A stretch of 63,468 nt of DNA, the filler included, from Octopus bimaculoides (Eukaryota), in assembly GCF_001194135.2 (NCBI RefSeq). It is 6 parts of 6 records of this genome, joined end to end, with 100 filler letters (N's around TTAATTAATTAA, not from the genome) between each part and the next. Parts side by side here need not be neighbours in the genome. Positions count along the whole stretch, not along the records: positions 36,078 to 51,374 come from NC_068999.1; positions 51,475 to 57,941 come from NW_026427705.1; positions 58,042 to 63,468 come from NC_068982.1; 3 more parts are not named here. One strand, 5' to 3'. The stretch's first letter is position 1. Each line of letters starts with the position of its first letter. Shown piece by piece: positions 49,769 to 59,520 of the stretch. The position numbers were made by a program, and so were the translations under genes. The notes under the pieces were generated by a model. The model was not told the DNA's origin, did no database searches, and saw only the letters and a list, made by a program, of their open reading frames with translations.

Positions 49769-50129
49769 TGGATAAAAAAAAATTCAAATCAATGATTGCT
49801 GCTCAGCAGACGATAGAAAACACTGAAGACGGAATTGGTAAAAGGTAAACAAACTGGACTAAAAGAATGAATGAAAGCGAGACATTGTTGGTAGGAGAGG
49901 ATGGCAAAATGATTGGAAGGCGTGGAAGGGGTTGGAAAGGAAAGACTAGAAACAAAGGCGAGTGAAGAATGGCGAGAAAAGGGAATGGAAGAAGTGAAAG
50001 GAATGAACGAAATCAGAAGAAGTAAACGAAGAAATGCGGGAAGAGAGAAAAATAAGGAAGAAATGGTTAAAGAAACAGGAATTAAGGAAAGGAAGCAAAA
50101 CGAAAGAGAAATGGGAAGGAAGGAAGGAA

Positions 50130-50194
<65 letters not shown>

Positions 50195-50532
50195 GGGGTG
50201 TGAAGAAATGAAGAGAAGGAATATTTTAAATGGAGAAAACTGAAAGAAATGAAGAAAACGGCAGTTGATAATGAAAGAGAGAGAGAGAGAGATGGAGCAG
50301 GGGGATGGAGAGATGGAGAAGGGGGATGGAGAGAAGCGGAAGGAATAGAAAAAGAAAGAAAGAAAATATAGGAGAAATGAGGAGTAAGAAAGCGAAATAA
50401 GTGAGAGAAGGGAAGAAGGAAATAAAGGAAATAATAAAGAAAGAAAGAAAGAAAGAAAGAGAAGGCAAATAGAAAGAAAGAAAGAAAGAAAGAGAAGGAA
50501 AATAGAAAGAAAGAAAGAAAAAGAAGGCAAAT

Positions 50533-50563
<31 letters not shown>

Positions 50564-50710
50564 ATAAAAGAAAGGAAGGAAGGAAGAAAGAAGAGATGGA
50601 ATGAACGAAAAAGAGAAAGTAAATGTAAGGAGATTGAAACCAGATACAAAGAAAAACGGAAAACAGAAAGAAGGAAGGAAGGAAGAAAGAAAGAAAGAAA
50701 GATGATCAAT
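49730..50710. repeat. ~1-kb polypurine tract of (GA)n, (GAAA)n, (GGAA)n
   Basis: Direct reading. Confidence 0.95.
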
Positions 50711-50785
50711 CAGAATAATTTAATTTCGAAAATGAATCAGAAATATGGTGGGAGAAGTAGATATTGCAAAGACTGAAGAATCGAG

Positions 50786-50862
50786 ATGACGTCATTGCTA
50801 TTTTTGCGGCAGTCAAATGATTTTCCCTTTGTTCACGTGATTGATGGAGAGGTGTGACGTCA
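50786..50862. promoter_or_regulatory. Cluster of two full CRE palindromes and one E-box
   Basis: ATGACGTCAT 50786-50795, TCACGTGA 50833-50840, TGACGTCA 50855-50862. Confidence 0.5.
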
Positions 50863-51374
50863 TGGGAGAAAGAAATTGTTGAAGCTTCTCAAAAATTTAA
50901 CGCCTTCGTTCTCTCAATGTGTGTGTGTGTGTGTCTGTGTCTGTGTGTGAATAGATAGGTAGGTAGGTAGGTAGATAGATAGATAAATAGATAGATAAAC
51001 AGATAGACAGGTAAACAAATAGATAGATAGATTGATAGATAGACAAACAAACAGATAGATAGAGAGAGAGAGAGAGAGAATGTCAGCTTTGCTTTTTATC
51101 CTTCAGCGGTCGAAAAAATAAAGTGTCAATCTGGATTGACGATATCGACTAACCTCTTCCCCAAAATGTGTGCCCCCCCCTCTCCACTGCCCTTTGTTAA
51201 TAACGATTATAACTACAAGACAAGCAGCTGGATTGACAAAATCGTGAAATGGAATATTTTACTAAAGAAAATCCAGTATCAGAATCGAAACCACAATCTT
51301 ACAGTCATGGGTACAGCACCCTAACCACTAAGCCACGCGCCTAATACACACACATTTTGTATTATATATATATA

Positions 51375-51474
51375 NNNNNNNNNNNNNNNNNNNNNNNNNN
51401 NNNNNNNNNNNNNNNNNNTTAATTAATTAANNNNNNNNNNNNNNNNNNNNNNNNNNNNNNNNNNNNNNNNNNNN
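51375..51474. other. Artificial scaffold linker
   Basis: 44N-TTAATTAATTAA-44N. Confidence 0.97.
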
Positions 51475-51688
51475 AGCCCGTCGTATATATGTATATGTAT
51501 ATATATGAGCGTGTGTGTTTGTGTGTTTGTGTTTGTCCCCACTCGCCCCAACATCGCTTGACAACCGATGCTGGTGTGTTTACGTCCCCGTANNNNNNNN
51601 NNAATAATAATAATAATAATAATAGTAATGATGATGATGATGATGATGATAACAATAATAAAAGAAAAAACACCTACAGAGTCTATAT

Positions 51689-52276
51689 CAGCGTTTCTCA
51701 ACCGGAGTTCCCAGAACCCTGAGGTTCCGCAAAAGGTTCCTGGGCGTTCTCCGAGAAAGAGTGGGATAAGCTAATGCCAATTTCATGATCGTAATATTAC
51801 TGTACATGCACAACATTTTATTGGTTATTGTAATATTGTAATACAGACATCATCTAACCCATTATGTTATCAAAAATTATAACAACCATATAGGAGTGGC
51901 TGTGTAGTTAGTAGCTTGCTTACTAACCACATGGTTCCGGGTTCAGTCCCCCTGCGTGGNNNNNNNNNNNNNNNNNNNNNNNNNNNNNNNNNNNNNNNNN
52001 NNNNNNNNNNNNNNNNNNNNNNNNNNNNNNNNNNNNNNNNNNNNNNNNNNNNNNNNNNNNNNNNNNNNNNNNNNNNNNNNNNNNNNNNNNNNNNNNNNNN
52101 NNNNNNNNNNNNNNNNNNNNNNNNNNNNNNNNNNNNNNNNNNNNNNNNNNNNNNNNNNNNNNNNNNNNNNNNNNNNNNNNNNNNNNNNNNNNNNNNNNNN
52201 NNNNNNNNNNNNNNNNNNNNNNNNNNNNNNNNNNNNNNNNNNNNNNNGCAAGGGTAATATGGTTGAGAAAACACTG
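51689..52276. mobile_element. Non-autonomous hAT (Charlie-like) element with nested SINE
   Basis: TIRs cagcgtttctcaacc / ggttgagaaaacactg; perfect 8-bp TSD GTCTATAT at 51681-51688 and 52277-52284. Confidence 0.9.
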
Positions 52277-52707
52277 GTCTATATAATCAGGTATATACGC
52301 GTCTCCTTAATTTCTAACGTTATAAATCAATAGTATCAGCTTAATCTAGAAATTAACAGCATCAAGTAACAACAAGGCAGTGATCAAGCTGAATCATTAG
52401 CATGCCCAGCAACGGCGGTGCACCAGCATGGCCGCAGCTCTGAGCTGAAACTATAGAAAAAAAAAGTACCCAGTTAAATGCTTTGCGGAATTTTGTCTAT
52501 CTTCACGTTCTGAGTTCATAAATGCCACTGAGCTCGTCTTTGCATTTCATCCTTTTCGAGGTCGATAATATAGTACCATTTGAGTACTGGGCTCTCTCTT
52601 GGGAAGCTGAAAACCTCTCATTGGCTCGACTGACTGCAAAGCGCTGTGAATTACTTCTGAATTGCTGGAGCTGTGTACGTAATTTTTATCACTGTGCGCT
52701 TCTTAAT

Positions 52708-53134
52708 TACCGTAAATCCTCGAGTATAGTCCGCCTTTGAGCATAATACGCAGGGTATTTCTAGGGGGCTGTACCTCTGAAAAACCTAAACCTTGTGTAT
52801 AATACGCACCCNNNNNNNNNNNNNNNNNNNNNNNNNNNNNNNNNNNNNNNNNNNNNNNNNNNNNNNNNNNNNNNNNNNNNNNNNNNNNNNNNNNNNNNNN
52901 NNNNNNNNNNNNNNNNNNNNNNNNNNNNNNNNNNNNNNNNNNNNNNNNNNNNNNNNNNNNNNNNNNNNNNNNNNNNNNNNNNNNNNNNNNNNNNNNNNNN
53001 NNNNNNNNNNNNNNNNNNNNNNNNNNNNNNNNNNNNNNNNNTTTCATTTTTAACCTCGTATATAGCACGCACTAGAAATTTTGACCTTTAAGTTTTGGGA
53101 AAAATGTGCGGATTATACTCGAGGATTTACGGTA
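52708..53134. mobile_element. Tc2/pogo-like MITE
   Basis: TA + ccgtaaatcctcgagtatagtccgc ... gcggattatactcgaggatttacgg + TA; 25-bp TIR with 1 mismatch. Confidence 0.9.
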
Positions 53135-54092
53135 TTTACATTCTGAATTTAATGTTTAAAATCTTTTCAGATCAGTATTTACTTCTGTCCTACTGGTNNN
53201 NNNNNNNTGTATATATGGTGTATATTCACTTCCCCCTAAATTTCTAGCACTGTGTTGAATATTATCATATTAATCTAGAAATTAATATCAATTAATATTC
53301 ACCTGTAAAAACTAGCGATTAAATTCGTTGCATTATTTTATATTATCTCATCGCATGCACAAATACGCAAACACACACACACACACACANNNNNNNNNNC
53401 ACACACACACACACACACGTATAAATACATGGATGTCCCTCTGAAAACACTCGGTTCAGTGATTATAAGTTCGTGGTTCAATTGCTCAACCAGGATTACT
53501 CGCTACTAATTCATTGAGCAGGGATTTCACGTCATAAAACGACTGAATATTCATAGTCATCTTCGAGATAGACCGAGATCCATTTACTAACGATTAAATT
53601 TGACAAAATGTGTAGAATTTTCTTTCCTGTTCTGTTCCTGATTATTCAATACATTAATGAAAAGAGGCAGAGAGCTGGCAGAAACGTTAGCACGCCGGGC
53701 GAAATGCTCAGCGGTATTTNNNNNNNNNNNNNNNNNNNNNNNNNNNNTCCACCGAGGTCGACTTCGCCTTTCATCCTTTCGGGGTCGATAAATTAAGCAC
53801 CAGTTGTGTACCGGTGTCGATCTATTCGACTGGCCCCCTGCTCCAGGAATTTCGAGCCTTGTGCCTGGAGTAGAAAAGAATACATTAATGAANNNNNNNN
53901 NNNNNNNNNNNNNNNNNNNNNNNNNNNNNNNNNNNNNNNNNNNNNNNNNNNNNNNNAGAAGTGCAGAAAGATATGTTGGGTAATTCGTCGTGTATCTAGA
54001 ATTGAAAAAATGGTTAATAACCCCTGTGAATGTAATAGTTTCATCTGCTAGAAATAACAGTCATTAAATATCGCTAAAATCACTACCTACAG

Positions 54093-54261
54093 TCTTAAAA
54101 ATAAATGTAGAGATGTTGCCTCAAGAAGAGGCTGCGATGATTAGGATCGCTGTGACTATAGGTCATTCTGGATCGGGGATGACCCCTTTGAAATACCCCT
54201 TAGACGGAGGAGTAAGGATAGAACATTTGATTTTGTTCGGGCCCTTTGCGAATGCTGGGTG
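54093..54261 (+). CDS. Candidate upstream exon, phase-compatible with 54658-54818
   Basis: Open LKINVEMLPQEEAAMIRIAVTIGHSGSGMTPLKYPLDGGVRIEHLILFGPFANAG; donor TG/GTAAGA; weak acceptor. Confidence 0.3.
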
Positions 54262-54657
54262 GTAAGAAGGGATGAAGTTATTCTCAGGCAAAAAACCTGG
54301 TTCAAATATTTGCAACAGAACTGTCCCCATTAAAGACCCCCTCACCCAGTGACGAAGCTGTAGTGTTAACCTGATTAACAAATAAAGTCTGCTACATGTG
54401 TATTGGGACCGTCCGGCTTAGTATTGCCCTACACACAGATTACATCTACGAAACTTTGTCTCACAAAGATTTTCGTTCACTGTAAAGCAGAAGATAGTAT
54501 TTTACCAATGCATCACCGAGCAGTGTCGGTTCGAACTTGGGAACCTCACAATTACGTAGTTGCCAGGCAAGCTTTGAAACTACAACAATTGATAACGACA
54601 ATAACAGAAAAATTAAAACTGCAACAGTACCTTCTTTTTTTTTTGCCTCCTTTGCAG

Positions 54658-54818
54658 TAGCAGCAGTCGATTCTCTGCGTCATCTTACCATTCAAATTGT
54701 AATGACGACGCCGGTTGGTTCGTTGTTCTTGAAGATAGTCTCTGTGAATGGGGTACTTTTCCTTATTATCCTACAATAATCTACTCAAATGGAAATTCGA
54801 GTGTCACATGGAATAACG
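54658..54818 (+). CDS. Internal host exon encoding a Cys/Trp-rich, probably extracellular module
   Basis: Long polypyrimidine tract + CAG; open SSSRFSASSYHSNCNDDAGWFVVLEDSLCEWGTFPYYPTIIYSNGNSSVTWNN; G/GTAAGT donor. Confidence 0.7.
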
Positions 54819-55020
54819 GTAAGTATTTTGTCATTTCTTATAAATTGTTTCTCTGTCACATTAATACAGTGAGTAGTAAAAGTCTAATTATGATGGCATG
54901 GAAAATACAGGAAACAATTCAGGAAATATTTCGGTATTATTATAGCATGGGTCTCACAGTACTTAACAAAGAGAATCGCTATGTGGTGCAATATTACACG
55001 TGTGGATGTGGAAAATTTAG

Positions 55021-55250
55021 TACGGCGGGGTGGCTGCTGGAGAGTTCCAGGCATTAGTGATAACGCCAAAGGCCTGGTTGGATGTCCNNNNNNNNNNNNN
55101 NNNNNNNNNNNNTTAGAGAAACTGAAGGACCGCAACAATAGCTGTGTGAATCTGAGAGGGGAATATGTGGCATAAAATCATAATTAACTGATCCTCCTTT
55201 ATTTTCTTTTACCCAAAGTCAGGAACTTTTCAGTACCTTCCCTTTTTATA
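55021..55250. mobile_element. Mariner-type MITE, gapped
   Basis: Degenerate termini gctgctggagagttccaggc / gtcaggaacttttcagtac. Confidence 0.5.
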
Positions 55251-56523
55251 CAACCCACGTGGTGACATTTATTTCACTTAAATTTAATTAACATTTCCTT
55301 TCTTATTTCAGAAATTTAATACTCTTAACATTTAAGATAATATTGAAGCTAATTTATACTTGAAATTTAATTTACTTGAGGCTAGTATGAGCGGAATAAG
55401 TAAAGCAGTTGAAGGGCTATTCAAGAAAGGGAAAATTTCTAGCGAGATTTTCAAGATTTTGAAACCCACTGTCAGCAAATCAAGCGTCTATAAAGTAATC
55501 AAACGAATAAAAAAGACAGAGACCGGTTTTTGCTTACAAAGAGTGAAAACTACTCCACTTCGACCGGTGAGAACTCAAAGACTCATCAAAAACACCAAAG
55601 AAAAGATCAGGCGTANNNNNNNNNNGTGAGAACTCAAAGACTCATCAAAAACACCAAAGAAAAGATCAGGCGTAGCCCAAAAAGAAAGATCAGAAAATTC
55701 ACTTCAGAAGCTGGTACAAGCAATGGAACTGGCCATAATTTGTTGAAAAATAAACTTCACTTATTCCCATACCAGATATCAAAAGCACATCTTTTGTGTG
55801 AAGCCACAAAGAAAATAAGACTGCAACAAGTGAAGTTTCTTTTGCAAAACGCTGAGGGATGGCACGCAGCCACCAACACCGTGCACAGATGAAAAGTTAT
55901 TCAGTGTGCAAGCGTGCCACAATCCACGAAACGATCTTATATATGCAGTGAATGAAGAGGACATTCCTGTCAAGCAAGGATTATCCTTTCGGCGGCAGAA
56001 GCTTGCATTCATATTGGTGTGGGCAGGTGTGACATCAAATGACATGAAAACCGTTTAAACTTCATTGAAGAGGGTGTAAACATCAACTGAAATGTTTATT
56101 TGGACATATTAAAGGATAAAGTACAACTTTGGATTATTGTAACAATGGGGGACAATGGTGTAACTCTCCAACAAGATGGCCCAACATCTCATACGGCTAA
56201 AAAACTCCAAGAAGGGTGTCGAGAGAATTTCAAGCCGTTCTGGACGAAAGAGTTCAAGCCGTTCTGGACAGCCTCTTCAGCCAATCTGAATGAGATGGAC
56301 TTTGGCATATGGTCTGACCTTCAGAGAAAAGCCTGTGACAATTCTCACACGAGTGTCAGAGCACTTAAGCACTATTTCCGAAAATACTAAGACGACATCT
56401 CCAAACAAACTGTTCATGCCACTTGCTCCCAAGTTGCTCCTACACTCCGGCAGGTTGTCTTCGGCAAGGGTGGATATACTGGAAATTAAATATATCATCT
56501 TAATCTACATTTTCTGGGCTTTA
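55251..56523 (+). mobile_element. Tc1/mariner transposase pseudogene, maT/DD37D-like
   Basis: HTH region, TDEKLFSV, VWAG, QQDGPTSHTAK, SSANLNEMDFGIW; stops and frameshifts. Confidence 0.85.
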
Positions 56524-57154
56524 NNNNNNNNNNNNNNNNNNNNNNNNNNNNNNNNNNNNNAAGATGTTATTTGAATAAATATATGACTACATATCGTCTA
56601 ATCACCCCGTATAAGAAGAGACAAAAAATAGCAGACGTAGGAATAAGACATCCGATGAACATNNNNNNNNNNNNNNNNNNNNNNNNNNNNNNNNNNNNNN
56701 NNNNNNNNNNNNNNNNNNNNNNNNNNNNNNNNNNNNNNNNNNNNNNNNNNNNNNNNNNNNNNNNNNNNNNNNNNNNNNNNTTGTCGTCGAAGAACTCGAC
56801 TGAGTTTTTAAAGTCTAGTATCTATTTTATCGGTTACCTATGCCGAACCGCTATGTTATAGGAACGTAAACACATCAACACCGGTTTTCAAGCGGTTGTG
56901 GGGGACAGACACTGATACACGCACACTCATACATACATATATATACACACACATCTACGNNNNNNNNNNNNNNNNNNNNNNNNNNNAAATCCCCTTACAA
57001 GGCTTTGATCGGCCCCGAGGCTTTAGCAGAACACACTTGCCCAAGGTGTCTGCAGTGAGATTGAACCCAGAACTATGTGGTTGGAAAGCACGCTTCTTAC
57101 CTTACAACCACGGACTAAAGTGAATTTCGGCCTAAAGTTGTAATCTTGTCTGAT

Positions 57155-57480
57155 GGCACTCCGTCGGTTACGACGCCGAGTGTTCTAGTCGACCCGATCA
57201 ACGGAACAGCTTGCTTGTGAAATTAACGTGAAGTGGCTGAGTACTCCACTGACTCGCGTTCGCTTAACATAGTTCTGGAGGAGATTCATCGTGATACAAA
57301 ATGTGATGAAGGTTGGTTGTTTGAATTACAAGGGGTTACTCATTTCTGGCAGCTGGGTGAACAGGAGCAAGCTGAAATAAAATGCCTTGCTCAAGGACAC
57401 AACGTGACGCTGGAGATCGAAGTGGCGACCTTAAGATCGGGAGCTAAATATCCCTAACCACTTAACCATGCGCCTCCCCG
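57155..57480 (-). mobile_element. tRNA-derived SINE, family A variant
   Basis: Shared body with 28345-28668. Confidence 0.8.
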
Positions 57481-57941
57481 TCTGATAGAACGCGTATATC
57501 CAGGAATTATAGTCATGGTGATGTTTGAAGATGGAACTGGTTGAGATGTAGCGTAGATATAAATATTCTTAAAACTAACAGAGATACTCGGCCTTGCTCG
57601 GGATTAAAATGGCATANNNNNNNNNNNNNNNNNNNNNNNNNNNNNNNNNNNNNNNNNNNNNNNNNNNNNNNNNNNNNNNNNNNNNNNNNNNNNNNNNNNN
57701 NNNNNNNNNNNNNNNNNNNNNNNNNNNNNNNNNNNNNNNNNNNNNNNNNNNNNNNNNNNNNNNNNNNNNNNNNNAGCAATGGTGGGGTACACACATGCAC
57801 ACACGCACGTTCGCACACTAATATACACATGTATACGACAGTGCTCTTTCAGTTTCCGTGTACGAAATCCACTCACAAAAAGTGGTGGGGTTTGACGTGC
57901 AGGTGTACTTGTAAACATTAACCGATTTGGCTGGTATTTCT

Positions 57942-58041
57942 NNNNNNNNNNNNNNNNNNNNNNNNNNNNNNNNNNNNNNNNNNNNTTAATTAATTAANNN
58001 NNNNNNNNNNNNNNNNNNNNNNNNNNNNNNNNNNNNNNNNN
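57942..58041. other. Artificial scaffold linker
   Basis: 44N-TTAATTAATTAA-44N. Confidence 0.97.
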
Positions 58042-59520
58042 ACAGTCTGCCTTTTACTGTGAGTGAGACTCCCTTTGTCGCCAGCAGAGGTAAGAGCTCT
58101 CTGAACTTTGCCCAGGCTATTCTTATTCTAGCAGATACACTTTCAGCACACCCACCCCCACTACTAACTTGGTCACCCAGATAGTGGAAGCTATCAACTA
58201 CCTCTAGTTTTTCTCCCTGGAATGAGACAGAAGTTGTTTCCTGTTTGTTTACAGTGTTTATTGCACCTGAACATCTGCCACATACAAAAACTAACTTCCT
58301 AGTTAGCCTGCCTTTGATATTGCTGCACCTCTTATGTGTCCATAGCTTGCACTGGGTACATCTTATAGAGTTTCTACCGATCGAGCAGGGCCATCTACCT
58401 GAAGGGGTCTGTGTTTTGTTTACCTTCAAACTTAGAACTTTGGTTTTAGCTAAGTTGAACCTAAGGCCCTTCGATTCTAGTCCCTACTTCCACACCTCTA
58501 GTTCTGATAGTGATTCAGAAATTAGTGCTAGGTCATCAGCATAGAGGAGCTCCCAGGGGTATCCTGTCTTGAATTCTTCCATTATCGCCTGGAGGACAAT
58601 GATAAATAGGAGGGGGCTGAGGACAGACCTTGGTGGACCCCTACCTCTACCCGGAATTCTTCACTGTACTCATTGCCAACCCTCACCTTACTGACAGCGT
58701 CTCTGTACATGGCTCGCACAGCTCTCACTAACCATTCTTCTATCCCTAGTTTCCTCATTGACCACCAGATAAGGGATCGGAGGACCCTGTCAAAGGCTTT
58801 CTCCGTGTCAACGAAAGCTAGGTACAGAGGTTTATCCTTGGCTAGGTATTTCTCCTGCAGCTGTCTTACCAAAAATATAGCATCAGTGGTGCTTTTCCCT
58901 GGCATGAACCCAAACTGCATCTCATCTAAACTGACGCGCTCCCTAATTAGTTGGGCTATGACCCTCTCCGTGACTTTCATTACCTGATCCAACAACTTGA
59001 TACCTCTGTAATTATTTGTATCTAAGGCGTCACCTTTATCTTTGTAACAATTGACTATAGTGCTGCTACACNNNNNNNNNNTGCCAACCCTCACCTTACT
59101 GACAGCGTCTCTGTACATGGCTCGCACAGCTCTCACTAACCATTCTTCTATCCCTAGTTTCCTCATTGACCACCAGATAAGGGATCGGAGGACCCTGTCA
59201 AAGGCTTTCTCCGTGTCAACGAAAGCTAGGTACAGAGGTTTATCCTTGGCTAGGTATTTCTCCTGCAGCTGTCTTACCAAAAATATAGCATCAGTGGTGC
59301 TTTTCCCTGGCATGAACCCAAACTGCATCTCATCTAAACTGACGCGCTCCCTAATTAGTTGGGCTATGACCCTCTCCGTGACTTTCATTACCTGATCCAA
59401 CAACTTGATACCTCTGTAATTATTTGTATCTAAGGCGTCACCTTTATCTTTGTAACAATTGACTATAGTGCTGCTACACCAGTCATTGGGTATGACTCCT
59501 TCGTGTACCACCTGGTTAAC
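58042..59520 (-). mobile_element. RTE LINE RT region, 5'-truncated, young, with PHD-like insertion
   Basis: NYRGIKLL, QFGFMPGKST, FVDTEKAFDRV, GVHQG, LYADD, YLGD; 398-bp duplication across a 10-N gap. Confidence 0.92.

Noticed and set aside
49789-50709. 306-aa F/L/S-rich membrane-like ORF
   Set aside because: Translation of the polypyrimidine strand
54050-54381. Minus frame readable with TGA=Trp (NUMT or bacterial insert)
   Set aside because: No mitochondrial protein motif; composition looks like antisense of the plus frame
55567-55674. 49-bp direct repeat in the transposase
   Set aside because: Same overlap artefact around a 10-N gap
58674-59479. 398-bp exact tandem duplication in the RTE (the 309-aa ORF)
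   Set aside because: Identical copies on either side of a 10-N gap: unmerged contig overlap
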